From contig OX597814.1 in NCBI GenBank assembly GCA_951406725.2, forward strand, positions 191,084,001-191,148,000: a stretch of DNA of 64,000 nucleotides. The letters run 5' to 3'. The translations under genes were made by a program, and so were the position numbers. This document shows, piece after piece, positions 26,361 to 40,295 of this stretch (positions are counted from its first letter, which is position 1; each line of letters starts with the position of its first letter). The notes beneath the pieces are model-generated. The model saw nothing but the letters and a program-made list of their open reading frames with translations. It did not search any database and was not told the origin of the DNA. The stretch comes from Octopus vulgaris. Its lineage: Eukaryota.

Positions 26361-26770
26361 AGGCGCAGGAGTGGCTGTGTGGTAAGTAGCTTGCTAACCA
26401 ACCACATGGTTCCGGGTTCAGTCCCACTGCGTGGCACCTTGGGCAAGTGTCTTCTGCTATAGCCCCGGGCCGACCAATGCCTTGGGAGTGGATTTGGTAG
26501 ACGGAAACTGAAAGAAACCTGTCGTATATATGTATATATATATAAGTGTGTGTGTATATGTTTGTGTGTCTGTGTTTGTCCCCCTAGCATTGCTTGAAAA
26601 CAATGCTGGTGTGTTTACGTCCCCGTCACTTAGCGGTTCGGCAAAAGAGACCGATAGAATAAATACTGGGCTTACAAAGAATAAGTCCCGGGGTCGATTT
26701 GCTCGACTAAAGGCGGTGCTCCAGCATGGCCGCAGTCAAATGACTGAACAAGTAAAAGAGTAAAAGAGTA
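26361..26770 (+). mobile_element. Young full-length tRNA-derived SINE
   Basis: Head AGGCGCAGGAGTGGCTGTGTGGTAAG..GGGTTCAGTCCC, central (TA)/(TG) tract, tail (GTAAAAGA)n, CpGs intact. Reverse copy at 57870-58262; many partial copies (e.g. 4470-4640, 5180-5335, 11350-11500, 25698-25870, 58300-58505, 62025-62175). Confidence 0.9.
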
Positions 26771-27296
26771 TAACAAGAGCAAATAACTGATGCCACAGTA
26801 ATTTCTTTGTAAAACAACACTTTTCTCTTGTAATAGTTGATATGTGAATGATGGGCATACATCCTACTTCACTTCTATTTTCAACTTTCATTGATTATTC
26901 CTCCTTGTCTGGCATGTTTTCCTATCTTCATACCCTTAATGGCCATTTTGAATGTATAGCAGTCAAATTCAATGACTGGTTCCTCTGTTAGGTCTGCTTG
27001 GAATAATCCCTTTCTCTCTTCATTTAACAACCCCTGAGACATCCAAGCATCTTTCTTTGTGGCTTCAGTGAAGCTAAGTGTACATCCTTTTCCCCTACAA
27101 TGTTATGAGTCACAGACTCATTTGCAACCCAAGACATGTCACACCTTTTGGTCCTCCTGAACACTGGCAAACCTATTACTTTTGGTATATCACTGGGCTA
27201 ACTATCTTTGATGCCTAGCTTCTTTCCTATGAACTGGATATCATTCCCTGCTCTCAACTTTCTTATAATCTCCAACTACTGAATATTCATCCATCA

Positions 27297-27660
27297 CTAG
27301 CACTATGACCTGGCAACACCGGGTCATAGTACTAGTGCATGCATATACAGCTGCGTGCGTGCGTGCGCACATACACGCGAGTACTGTCCAAATCTCCGAC
27401 CAATCACATACAGCTAGCTGGCATTCAATTGGCGTATCAAGTTTTGGGCATTTTGATTGGGTTTTGGAAAGAAAATTCACAAAAAAGTCACCTCTATTGA
27501 TGTTTTAATGGCTTTGCAGGGTGACTGGGGAAATGTGCATGAGCATCCTTGGACGGTTTTGAATGACCATAGAAAGTGGAAGCCCTCTAACTGAAAAATT
27601 GTGGATTTGTATAAAGGACACACACACAGACAGACATTTTGCCGTTTATATATAGAGAGA
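27297..27660 (-). mobile_element. Non-autonomous Helitron-like element
   Basis: Minus-strand 5' end TCTCTCTATATATAAACGGC with internal (TG)n/TCTG; 3' palindrome ACTATGACCCGGTGTTGCCAGGTCATAGT just before CTAG|T. Confidence 0.7.
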
Positions 27661-28983
27661 TTATGCTGCATTCTCTAAGCTGGAACCTAGCTGTATCTAC
27701 AAATATAATCTCTGGCCTGCAGCAGGTTGTCTTGTAGAAACCTCCAGTTGTCCCCTTTGCCATAGGCTTCTATTTCCTCCTCTTTTTCACCATATACAAC
27801 ACTTAGAAGCTCTTTGAATTTGTGTTTAGCAAACAGATCTTTCAATTCTTATATCTTCCTACTCCAGACTGTTTTGTATCTCTGTGCCTATTTAGTACCT
27901 ACAATGAAGTGACTAATAACTGGTTTACACTGAGTGGTACATTCTTTCTTAGGAAATGACTTAGTATTCACAACCATTTGTCTAGTTTCCTCATATGTCT
28001 ATTTGATTTATGTATTCACCTGATTGGTTGGTCATCAGGTGACTGACCAATTTCCTCAAGTTAATCCTGCAAATAGCTTGATCAGTCATGTCAGAATTCT
28101 AAAAACTTTGATCCCTTCTCCATGTACACCAGAATAGCTATCCTGGTGTTGCTTCGCAGGTCCATTAAAGCCACCAATTGTTACTGTATTGAGGTGGTTT
28201 GCAACCGGGCCTTTTAGTTCACATGTCTTAACTGAGGAATATATGCAGGGATCTTTAAAGTTCATGTTGTCTATAACTGGTCTAAGCTTATCTTATATTA
28301 TTTCAATTATCTGGTCTAGTTATCTTGTCATATTATTTCAATTATTTTATCTACCCATTTCTTTGTCATACTTCCTACTGCATCTACTCAGAAGAATTGG
28401 TACTGGTATTTCTTTGCGATGTATTTGGCTGAAGCATCCCTCCATCTCATCTCTTGCACACAGCACACACCCACTCAACTCTGCTCCAGACCTTTTTTCA
28501 TTGTACTATTGTTGATGATGGAAGCCCTCATGTTTTGTACCGGACACGAAGGGGTTAATTTCCATTGGCAGGCGGATTGTTGCCTGATGTCAGCTTTTTG
28601 TATCTACTACAAGGAAGTAGATTTGTATGACTGCTTGATGATAATTGAAGAGTCTTTAAGCAAGCCAGATGTTTCCACTTGAGTACCAAATGAGCACACA
28701 CACACAATGTATATGTGTGAGAGGGAAGGAGGCTTGTGTACATTAGTATACTTATCAGTTACAAAAATTGTCAGAGAATACATTAACTGCAACACAGCCC
28801 TAATGGTAATCACCTTATATAATTTACAAATCTAGCTTATCATTCCATTTAAATGAGATTGCTAACTTAAACTGATTGTTATTCCCAATTGTTGATGACT
28901 GATACTGAAGCAGTAGAGATGAAGGATGTACTATAAGCTGATAAACTAAATCTACCATAATAATGGGTATACCATTAAGATCC

Positions 28984-31190
28984 TTAACCCTTTAGGACTT
29001 GTTTGTCTTTTATCATTTGCAGATAAATACTCCAAGAAAGGACAGGAGATAAATGCCTGAACACCAAGTCTATCTGGATAATCCTGTGCCATTCTTCCAT
29101 TGAATGCATGTGTTGGTCTTCCATGTTTCTTGAGCAAATGATAAATGACATCATAAGATAACTCCCGTGAAGATGGCTTATTCCCAGTTTTTACAAGAGA
29201 TTGTAGCTATTCAAAAGCATCATATCAAGTAAATAGAAAAACAGTTTCTTGTACCATTTCATACACTTTCAAAGGCAATCAATTTGTCCAATTTGCATGT
29301 CACTTTTATCAACAATCCTTGTATTTATGGTGCAATTATTGAGTATATCAGATTTATAAACATATTGCTTAGTTCTGAGATCCATTTTCCTTGAAATTTC
29401 CACAAAGCACTTGTGAACATTGGTAAGCAAAGTCACCTTTAAGGCCAGGTATAAATAGCAAGATTTTCGGTGCAGGACACAAAAAAAAAAAATAAATAAA
29501 TAAAACGATGGTAATTAAATAACTTATAATGCAAATGTAGCTTATATACCACACCTGTCTTCTTCACAATTTAGCAATGTGTCAATAAACCACACCTGTC
29601 CTCTGCAGAAGAAAACATGGCATGTCAATAAGCCACACCTAACCATAAAGGGTTGACATGTTGTTTGAATGGCTACTTATTCGACTTGACCTTTCTTCAA
29701 TCTTTCAAATTTAGTCATGTGCTTTCTATTTATTCACACAGTCCCACATGACTCAGTCTTCTTGTCAGATCATTATTAGTATTAGTTCATCCATCATTGT
29801 TGATAAGGATTAAAAACATCATAACAGAGAAGATGGGGCAGTGTGTGTCCAACCAGTTTGATGCATACTTGGAAGGTTCTGCCACAGGTCAGGCATCAGT
29901 GTTCTGTTGGGACTGAAGACAAGGAGTTGGCTCTGGACTTGCATAGTATGCGTTTTCTTTGTGCCCCTGCAACCGTGTTCTGTTTCTAAGAGGTGGCAAA
30001 TAAGTAACCACAAAGATTTGTCTGTGTATATGTGCTCTTGATTGCAATACCGGGTCATCAATGCATCGACTAATGCACTGGAAAGTCCCAAATGTGAATT
30101 GTTTGAGACATCTGCATCACTTGCTGGATAAATTAGGATATGTAGCACAAGCCAGATTCATAATCACATAAAACAAAAATCTTTATTCCCCAATCCAAAA
30201 AAACACCTCCAAACAAGCGATGGTGCTTGCTTGAACACAACTCTTCCTTTGAATAGAATGAATGACTCTCAATTACTAGTTTTCAGAATGGTTTATAAAA
30301 TCTAACTTCATTCTTCATCATTTCTAAAATGTGACATCATCATCATCATCTAACGTCCACTTTCCATGCTAGCATGGGTTGGACGATTTGACTGAGGTCT
30401 GGCAAACCAGACTCCAATCTGATCTGGCAGAGTTTCTACAGCTGGATGCCCTTCCTAACACCAATCACTCCGAGAGTGTAGTGGGTGCTTTTATGTGCCA
30501 CCGGCACGAGGGCCAGTTTGGTGGTACTGGCAACGGCCACACCAAAATGGTGCTTTTTACATGCCACCTGCACAGGAACCAGTCCAGCGGCACTGGCAAC
30601 GACCTCGCTCAAATGTTTCACATGCCACCAGCACAAGTGCTAGTAAGGCGACGCGGTAACGATCACGCTCGAATGGTGTGCTTAAACGTGCCATCTTGTT
30701 GCTCTGGCAACAATCTGTCACTCAAATAATGTTCAGTATCACATGGATTTTGAAAATACCCAAGGGAAGTCTCAATAGTGGTTGTAAGACATACATTTAA
30801 GAAAAATTGGAGTATTTATCAAAACATCATCATCATCATCATTTAGCATCCGCTTTCCATGCTAGCATGGGTTGGACGGTTCAACTGGGGTCTGTGAAGC
30901 CAGAAGGTTGCATCAGGCCCAGTCTGATCTGGCAGTGTTTCTACGGCTGGATGCTCTTCCTAACGCCAACCACTCCACAAGTGTAGTGGGTGCTTTTTAC
31001 GTGCCACCTGCACAGGTGCCAGACAGTGCTGGCAAACGGCCACGAACGGATGGTGCTTTTATCAATAATCTGCTAAAATGTGTTTCTTCAAGTGTGTTGT
31101 AAGCATAGTCAAAGAAAATTTGTGAGGATCTATTTTGATCATTACTGTAAAGAGCCATAAAATATTCACTTTCCTTTGCTTCTGGTGTAA
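28984..31190 (-). pseudogene. Decayed piggyBac (PGBD4-like) transposase interrupted by RTE-tail insertions
   Basis: Minus-strand remnants in the expected order: INTPIF (~30815), ESFILFKGRVVFKQ (~30250), GIKIFVLCDYESG / ILIYPAS..LGLSSALVDALMTRY..HIYTD (30020-30190), IVDKSDMQIGQIDCL*KCMKWYKKLFFYLLDMMLLNSY (29200-29320). Terminus AGGG-TTAA at 28984. Confidence 0.8.
30335..30695 (-). mobile_element. RTE-LINE 3' tail copy with tandem units, inserted in the piggyBac remnant
   Basis: Same family as 9882-10290; a further copy at 30826-31060 and a short one at 31801-31905. Confidence 0.8.
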
Positions 31191-34100
31191 ACATCACCAT
31201 CATTTAACATATATCTTCCATGCTGGAATGGATTGGATGGTTTGACAGAATCCAATATATCCAAGAATTGCATGTGCTCCAATGTCTGTCTCAACAGGGT
31301 TTCTATGGATGCCCTTCCTAGTGCCAACCACTTTACAGTATGGATTGGGTACCTTTTTCCATGCCACCAGCTTTAAGGTTGCCATGCAGCTCACAGAACT
31401 ACAAACCCTAAGGGGATGGGGTTAGCTTCAAGTTAGTGGATGAGAGGACTGAATTAAGAAAAGGGCTGGGGGCAGTGCAGGTTCTTGTAGAGGGTTTGCA
31501 CAGCTTCTCACATCTAGAAGGGGAAGGGAAGAGAAAGAAAAAATTAACAGTATGGACCGCAAGATAATGGTGACAAGGTACCTAGGTGGCCCCAAGATAC
31601 AAGGTGAGTTGATAAACTGGTTTGAAAGTTTGTATGGGAAGGAGAATGAGAGGATGTGGAGGCAGACTACTAGAATGGATAGGGTTGAAGGGCAGATGAG
31701 AGAGGAACCATGAGCTGGGGTAGTTAGAGGGATGCAGGAGAGGTGGGTAAGAGCTGAGCAGCAGCAGAAGAGATGATACAGTTGTTAGATGAGGAAAGGA
31801 CATCATCATCATCATCGTTTAATGTCCGATTTCCATGCTAGCATGGGTTGGCTGATTTGACTGAGGACTGGCGAACCAGATGGCTGCACCAGGCTCCAAT
31901 CTGACAAGAGAAGGATAAATAAATTCATTTGAGATTCCCATATTGTTGTTGTAAAATGAATACATAAATGGAGAAAAACCGAACTTTTTCCATCCAGAGG
32001 TAGTTGATGCATCTTTTCTGTGCTATCTAAAGCATCATCATTATCATCATCTATGTAATGTCAACCAGTTTACAGTTATGGACTGGGTGCTTTTTTTCAT
32101 GCCACTGCACTACTGAGGTCCCCATGCAGCTTGCAGAGCTACAAGCCCTGGTGGTGGTGAAGTTAGCTTCATGTTAGTGGACGAAGGGATTGACTTTGTC
32201 TTCCATTTACAACTTGATTTGTCTCACTTAGGCGCATTTGTAGATGCTTGAGTGTTAATTGATGACCTATCCATTGTTCTCTAGTGAGACACCGAATGGT
32301 GATGCCTGCTGTTTGAAGGTTACATCTAGGTCAGTTAAAATTAAGGCGAATCAAAATTACTTTTTTCAAGAAATTTTAAAATTTAAACATCTGATTAAAT
32401 TCATAGAAGAAACTTTTATCACAGGTTCAACATTTAAAAAAATAAAACAAAGACATAATTATATAAAAATATATTTATTTCCATAATTTATGTATTCGTG
32501 AAAATGCGTATTGGTATGAATATGAGTGTTTGCATGTATGTATGTTTGCATCTGTATGAAGAAAAATATATGTGATGGTATATAAATATTTCTGATATTA
32601 AAAAAAAAAACTTATGAAATTAAATAAATAGTAAAAAAAATAAATATATTTAAAAAAAATTGTCAAAATTAACCAATAAATATTAGAAAAATAGCTGGAT
32701 GGAATTTTTATTTATATTTTGATTGAACTTGATTGATGTATGTGAAGTCTTCCAATCTTACTACACATGCAAAGCAAGAAAGAAAAAAAAAAAAACAGCT
32801 GCAAGATAGAATTCAAAAACATCATTCACATCATGGCTTCAGATGCTGGTAATGTAAAAGACAAAAACCACCAAAAGATTTAGATTTATCACAGTTTGGT
32901 TGCATTGCTAATTGGGTATCAATTCAGTTAGTGCAAAAGTAGTTACACCTATTATCCAAAAACAAGCTAAATAATTGACTATGAAAATTTATCTGATGCT
33001 AGAACATATATATAACTGAGAGAACATCTAATGCTATAGAAAGCAAAAATTATAGAATATATCACTCACTATACGTATATCTCTAGGTAAAATATACTTC
33101 GATGGAAGACTGCAGAAAAACTGAAATAAAATTATTTTCGACAGAAAGGAAGCTAAAAATATTTAAAGAAAAGATATCTGGTGTTTCTCAAGGGAGAGAA
33201 GTGTAAACATTTAAAGGCTGTCTTGGAACAAGCTGGAACCAACAAGGTTAAGAATGGAGGGAACAGCTATGCAGATATGTAATGTGCTAGCCTGCAGAGA
33301 AGAATGGTAAAAACAAAAATGGTTGATGAGAATGTACATAATTTAAAAGAATTTAAATATGAAACTGAATTTAAGTTGAAGGTAAATCATTTCAGTTATA
33401 ATTTAACCAAAATGAAAGGGTTGACATAAATTCTAAACAGGACCGAATGTAGTCACCAGTACTGAAAAAACACAAAGCTGAAACTATTTAGAAAAACTTT
33501 GTATAGAAAGGAATAAAACTTATTGTGAATAAGAGGTGCAGATGGGTGTTAAGGTTGCTAAACAACTGAATGTAGAACTAACAAAGATCTATAACTATTA
33601 ATGACCCATTTACAAATAGATACCTTTGGGTTGTTGGTGTGTTTCATGTTTGTAGGATCAGCCTTGTGAGGAATAGATTCCAAAAGACTGACTTATTCTG
33701 GGTCAGACAGAATTTGTTGAGGTAGATTTTCTGTGGCCAGAGGCTCTTCCTGTTGCCAATCTTCACTTGTTCAAAGCAAGGTAATATTTCCCCATGGTTG
33801 AGCCATGTTTTTCTTGGAATGCTGGAAACAAACAGCTTTGCTTGTATGATGGTGATCCTCCATTACAACCATCACATGATGCCTAGTCAAGGACACACAC
33901 ACACATACATAATAATAATCACTCAAGCCTAAGAAAGATGCTTCTGCAACTTTTTGCTGAACAAACTACACAGATGATTTGTTTATAATGATCAAATAGT
34001 TGTGCTGCAAATAAACTCACTCTGTCCATCAAATCAACATTATCTCTACATATAAAACATGGATATAAATATACACATTTGATAGCTAGTTTCACTTTCT

Positions 34101-34658
34101 GTCTACTACATCCACTTACAAAACTTAGGTTGGCCTGAGTATAAGATACTTGCTAAACCTCATATATATGACACATACACATTTAGACATAGAGAGGAAA
34201 GACAAAATACTCAAATATTAATTTGAAGTTAATGAGTCTGTCCAAGACAACTTTCATTATGCAACCTCTTACGTGGTGCTGATGGTGGGGCCATAGACAA
34301 AATGATATATACAATGTCCATTGATATTCGAGCCAGAGTATGATAAATGACTTTGAAGTCAGTTTTGAATGTTTTGATTTCTAATTATTTAAAATTACAA
34401 AATATCATTTTCGCAACTCCAAATCTGAAGATAACAAACTTTTTTGTTGCATGAAGAATGGCATGAAGCAGGAAACTGTGAAGAGTGAAACATCAACCTC
34501 AAATAAATATATAAACTTTCTGATGAACACTTTTCTTGATGTTAATACCAGAAGAATTAAAGAACTAAATGCAAACAGAAAAAAAAAAAAAATTAAGACT
34601 CAAAATATTGTTTTAAATTGTTTAGCTTTTGTCACAAAAACTTATGTATTTAAATTAT

Positions 34659-34875
34659 TCAACCCTTTCATTACCATATTTTTGCTGAAATATACTCGCT
34701 TTCTTTCAATTAAGTTTTAAAATAATTAAGAATTTAATAAAATAATTTTGTCATTAAGCTGGTGTTTGGAAAATTTTGATGGAAGATTTTTAATTCAGAT
34801 CACTTTAAATAAATCAGGATGTTTGTGTCCTAGAACCAGGGGCATTTTCAGACAGGTTGGTAACAAAAGGGTTAA
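34659..34875. mobile_element. piggyBac-type MITE
   Basis: TCAA-CCCTTTCATTACCA ... TGGTAACAAAAGGG-TTAA terminal inverted repeats. Confidence 0.75.
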
Positions 34876-37384
34876 CTTTTTGTCTCTAAATCTTTTGGTT
34901 GGTTGTCTTAAACAGACCAGGTTAATGGGATTTTTCCTTTGCTAAAAGGCCCAAGGAATTCAAACCTGGTCACTCAACTTACCATACGGTGCTAAAAGAA
35001 AATAAATAAAGTATTATAAAATAAAAACCATCAATGTAAACATATCCATCTCACCAACTCCTCTGGATTAATTCATTTCATAACGTGTCTTCGGAAAAGT
35101 TGTAGCGCTACTTTTAGAATCAATGTAAATTTGTCAATGAGGTGAACTTGCCACAGTAGATGAGAAATTCGTCGAACCCTGAGATTTTTTGCCAAACCAA
35201 ATCAATTTTCTGCTGTGGTTTCAGTGGAAATTTGGAATAGTATTCAGTAATGTTTGAAGTCAAATTGCTACCTTTATGTAAAGCAGGCTTATACAAAACA
35301 GCAAAAGGGGTAAACATAGAAAGAATGTATAAGCTCCCAGTTACACTTAGTTTTCAAACCCCCTCTTTAAATGTGAATCAAAATTATAAAAGTTGACTGA
35401 TCTACAAGAAAATTATTTATTTCTTGTAATTGAAAAGTGCAATTACAAGACACTGATTACAAGACTCTTGTTTGTAAAACTTCAGCTAACATAAAGCAAG
35501 ACTACATATGTGTATTTCTGTACATCTACATAAGTGTCGGTGTACACAAATACACATGTGAGCATACACACACTTCTATCTATAAATGATATCTGAGACA
35601 GAAAAAACACAGCAGGACTTCAACCACATATCTGCTACTTGCTGTGCAGCATCAACAACAACCCTAGTAGATACAGAATAGTACTGTTAAATAACAAATG
35701 TTTAGAAAGAGAAGGACAGGTGCACAGGAAACAACAGATAAATACTTTGCTTCCCATCAATGGGAATGTTGTCCTTGTTCAGCTAATTGGAAATTTTTCC
35801 TTAAACCATTTACATGTATGTGTGTGTGTATATGCACACATCCATTTTTTTTGTTTTAAAATCCATCTCAGGCCTACAGACTCATGAAGCTGGAGCTCAT
35901 CTAGATTTCTGAAGTATTGAGGTCACTGACAGTGTAAGACTCCCCTCTGTGGTTTGCCCTCATTTCAGCCTAGTGGACTGGAGCACTGTAAAACAAAGTG
36001 CTTTGCTCAAAACCATACATAATGCATCCTAACCGTGAGTCCAATACCTTAACTGCTAAGCCAAACAGCCTCAATGCATTTTACACACACAAACATATCT
36101 GCTAATAAATGGCATTACAATCAGTAACAAATTAAATAAACTCTCTCTCTACAAATAAATATATGTGTCAGTTTCCAGGCTGGCAAAGGTTTTATATATA
36201 TATATATATATATATATGTGGAGGCGCAATAGCCCAATGGTTAGGGCAGTGGACTCACGGTTTCAATTCCCAGAACGGGCGTTGTGAGTGTTTATTGAAA
36301 GAAAACACCTTAAAGCTCCACGAGGCTCCGGCAGGGGGTGGTGATCCCTGCTGTACTCTTTCACCACTCTTTCTCCTGTTGGCCTGCTAGCTTAACCAGC
36401 AGGGTGTCATCATTCGAAGGCTAAAACAATGCGAATGCATTGTGACCAGCGATGTGTAACAACATCTGATGGTCTGGTCGGTCAAGTGATCACATGATAT
36501 ATATATATATATATATATTCACTCATTCACTTTATATCCATGTTTTCATGCTAGCATGGCTTAGATGAATATATTATCAAGGCAATGTTTTACAACTGGA
36601 TGCCCTTCTTGTCACAAACCTTACTTGTTTTGAAAGGATGACTTATTTCACAAGTCTACGAAGGTGTGAAATGAGCAGACATTGAGTGTCATAGAGTACA
36701 AATGTAAACCAACACACATATGCACATACAATGGGTTTCTTTTAGCTTCTTGCCTATTAAATTCACTCACAAGGTCATGATCAGCCTGAGTATATAGTAG
36801 AAGACACCTGTCCAAAGAGTAGCAGAACTGAACCCCTCCCAAGACCACAATGTGGGGTTACAAATTTATACTGAAAGACTTTGGTATCTATTGTGTGTGT
36901 ATGTGTGTATACACACACACACACATCATTACATTATAAAAATAACAAATAGAGAATATTTATTTTTAATAATCACAGTAAGTGCATCATAATGCAAGCA
37001 TCCACATGCACACATATATGAGGAGTGGGCTTCGGTACAGTTTTTGGTCATCAATTTCTTTAGTAAAGCCTTAGTCAACCCAAGGTTATAGTAGTAGGCA
37101 TCCATGTGCCTTGTAGTGGGAAAAAATCTAAAATCACATGGTTGTGGATTTAACCATACAACCATGCCTACACCATGTAGCACACAGCCATGCCTGTATC
37201 TGCAATTGTGAATACATGTGAACATTATATATCCAAGAGAGACTACAACAGGACTGAGATATCTATACACAAATAACTTAAGGAAGGAAAGGTATTCCCT
37301 TCACCGAGCACGTCCTCATGTTTGTTTTTCTTCTTTTTCTCTGTTTTTTAATTGCTTGTTTGTTTGAATTAACAATATATATAG

Positions 37385-37715
37385 TTAGGTAGGGGGCTCT
37401 GAAAGGGGTCTCAGGAAGTAGTGTCCCTGCCTTCCTGAGCTAGTTTTCCACCACATTTCTTTAAAATCATGGTAGAGGCCTTGGTCTTGAGACCACTCAT
37501 GTCTAGAAACTGAGGTTGGGGGTAAGCAAGGGCATGCTTCCCGTAGAAAATCCAGCTCCAAAAAAGCCTCATGATAGCAAAGGAAAATGGGCACCAGCCA
37601 GCCCAAAGGTTGGGGTGGGCTGCACCTGCCTACCTCGGTTGCTATGGCATTGAGGTAGATCCGGCCACCCCAGTTAACGGGGACAAAACCCGGATTTAAA
37701 ACACTGGATGGTGAT
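37385..37715 (+). mobile_element. GC-rich short retro-element, RTE-related (distinct family)
   Basis: GC-rich ~330 bp block with motif GGGGGTAAGCAAGGGCATGCTTCCCGTAGAAAA related to the RTE tail motif, ending in a GATGGTGAT tail. Confidence 0.55.
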
Positions 37716-38561
37716 ATATATATGTATGTATATACGTATTGAAATGCAATATGAAATGCATATTCTGTAATGTGCAACAATCGAAGAACAAAACCAAAGG
37801 AAATAGAAATACAAGAAATTTGCAGAAGAGAGTTGATTAAATTGATCCAAATTCTTGGTTGGAAGATGATATTATGGAGCTAAAGGGAATAAAAAGTGAA
37901 GTTGAATTCAGAGCGATTTGAGCCAGAACAAATATTGCTAGACATTTTGTTTAACGCTCCAATGGTTCTGTCAGTCTTCTGCCATCCATCAATTGATGGC
38001 AATTTCTAACATCAGCACAAACCAACAAATTTGGGAATGATATCGTCCTCAACACTTGACTAACCCACAAGGATGAAAGGAAAGTCAGGCTCTGATGGGA
38101 TGTGTGATGGAGTTAATAATGATAGTAGCAATAAACTTTTCTTTATCGTTGTGACAGACAACGGATTAGAGGAGTTTACATAAAATGTTTAGAAGGTTTA
38201 GATGGAAAACAAAAAAAAAAGCAACAGTATAATTAATATGCAAATATATCAGAGAGTCCAAAGAGGACAATCAGCATCTAGGGTCAGTCAAGGGACCCCA
38301 CAGATCCAGGATTATTCTGATTTTCAAGGGTTAAGAAAGTGCTCTCTGCTAGTTGTAATCTCTGGTCAACATGCTCATGCTGTGAGTAAACTCATTGATT
38401 CAGGCCATATTCAGCAAATTTGTTTATCTTTTAGTCAGGAAGAAGAGCACAGACCAGACCTTTTAGCGGGTTCTCTAAGTTTAGTGGGAGAAGAGGGGGA
38501 AGATATCTTTAAACCAGAGATCTGGTTTGATTTCTTGTAACATTGTGAACTCTGTTAACCC

Positions 38562-38785
38562 TTAACTCTTTAGCATTTAACCCAGCCATGACCAGCTCAA
38601 ACATTCTTCCTGTTTTACATTTAAAATAGCCATATCTGGCCTCTTACACCGACTCCACAATGTAATTCCTAAAGTAAAGAGTTACATGATTGAAATCTCA
38701 AGGCTACAAGACAATACATAATTCAAAATAATGTACATATATAAGCATAACATTTCATAGAGTAATTTGGATGCTAAACGGTTAA
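38562..38785. mobile_element. piggyBac-type MITE (family B)
   Basis: TTAA-CTCTTTAGCAT ... ATGCTAAACGG-TTAA; homologous to 51046-51270 and to the split copy at 60576-61406. Confidence 0.75.
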
Positions 38786-39154
38786 GGCACCTGCAGTGGG
38801 GGCCATGGACTAAGTCTACACTCAAAATTACTGGAAGACGAGTAATTATTATCAGCCCTGGATGGATGGAAAGCGATGCCAACATCAACATGAATCAGAA
38901 CATAAATACCACGAGTCATTATATAGTGTGCTTTCAGACTTGCTGCTCCTTTTAATATTATCGACACCAATAATTTATGTGTCTGTGTGAGTGTGCGAGA
39001 TCGGGAGACAGTTTAAGAGCAAAAACAAAAACATACACACACAGTTCTTTTACAATGATTATTTCACATATTCTTAAATCATCAATCACATCTTTCTCTT
39101 TCTCATATGCATATATATGTACATTTGTGCATATACAGTGCAAATGTGTGTGTG

Positions 39155-39195
<41 letters not shown>

Positions 39196-40244
39196 CGGAG
39201 ATGTACTCGCATGCAATTGTGTATATATATATATACACACTCAGACATACATGTTTAGTAGGTACTCAAAAAGCAGTGGAATGAATATGAATACATCCAT
39301 ATACACACACACACACACACATATATATATTCATTCAAAGTTTATGAGTAACATTGTCCATAGGGACTTCTTGTTTTGTGCATTTTTCCAGGTGATATTT
39401 ATGTAGTGCTTGTTCTTATGATTTTAGTGTTTGACACTTATTTCAAGTCAAAGAGTGTGTGTGTGTGAGACTTGATAAATTTGGTTGATTTTATCTGCAA
39501 GTAAGCTTGGTTGACTTAAAAAACATTTGCAAGCTACCAGCTGAATGCATGCTTGTTTATTTACTTCTTATCTTCTTATTCATTAAGCAGAGGTGGAAGG
39601 GGGATATGCCTATAGTTTCTTTCTTTCTTTCTTTTTTTCTTTTTTCTTTTTTTTTTTTTTCAGATTCTCAAACGGTGAGATATAATAGTAACTGGAAATG
39701 TTACCTTCTGTTTGAAACACAGCATGGTTAGTTTGTTTTGACAATATTGATTATTTGTGTAAGAGTGAGATTTGGTTTCGGTCTCAGTGTGACAGCTGAG
39801 AATGAAGGGGTTAAATATTAAATAGAAATAAGATTACAGTCAGCTCGGCATGGTTATTTAGTTAGATAGACACACAATTTGAATACACACATCAAAACAC
39901 TTTCCTCACTCTTTCTCTCTCTCCAGCTCATATATTCACATTTAGCTCAAAGCAATTAAGGTCCAATGGGTTTTAAGTGTCTCTCTCTCTCTCTCTTTTG
40001 CTGGGCTACCAATTGAATGGTCAAGTGACCAAATGTTGCCTCAGCTGTATAATTGCATAATTGTGGTAATGAAGCAAGGCATGTTATTCTGCATACCTCA
40101 AAGTAATTTACATATGCGTGCTAAGTTGTGAAATTGTTGCTCTAAGTATATGTAAATCTCAAAGAAAAAAAAATGGAAGAAAAAATAATTACACATGATA
40201 TCTGTAGTAGTAGAGAAAAAGATGCAGAACAGTATTATATAGAC

Positions 40245-40295
<51 letters not shown>

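Larger units (their letters stand above)
25870..28230 (-). mobile_element. Highly decayed LINE interrupted by a SINE and a Helitron
   Basis: Reverse complement near 25885-25920 reads LYLDLGKAFDK (RT motif F.DL.KAFD). Flanks have LINE-like composition; boundaries are approximate. Confidence 0.45.

Noticed and set aside
26361-26440. tRNA-like A/B-box sequences (also 20080-20150, 25470-25540, 36218-36275, 59077-59150)
   Set aside because: SINE heads continuing into repeat bodies; no complete cloverleaf, so not tRNA genes.
29549-29640. Three CCACACCT repeats at ~42-43 bp spacing, superficially CRISPR-like
   Set aside because: Short degenerate minisatellite with related spacers in eukaryotic DNA; no cas genes.
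31200-32195. Direct similarity between 31340-31452 and 32078-32192
   Set aside because: Most simply two old copies of an RTE-tail-related repeat; nothing further is supported.
38202-38540. 112-aa plus-strand ORF
   Set aside because: No recognisable domain or convincing splice pair; cannot be supported as a gene.
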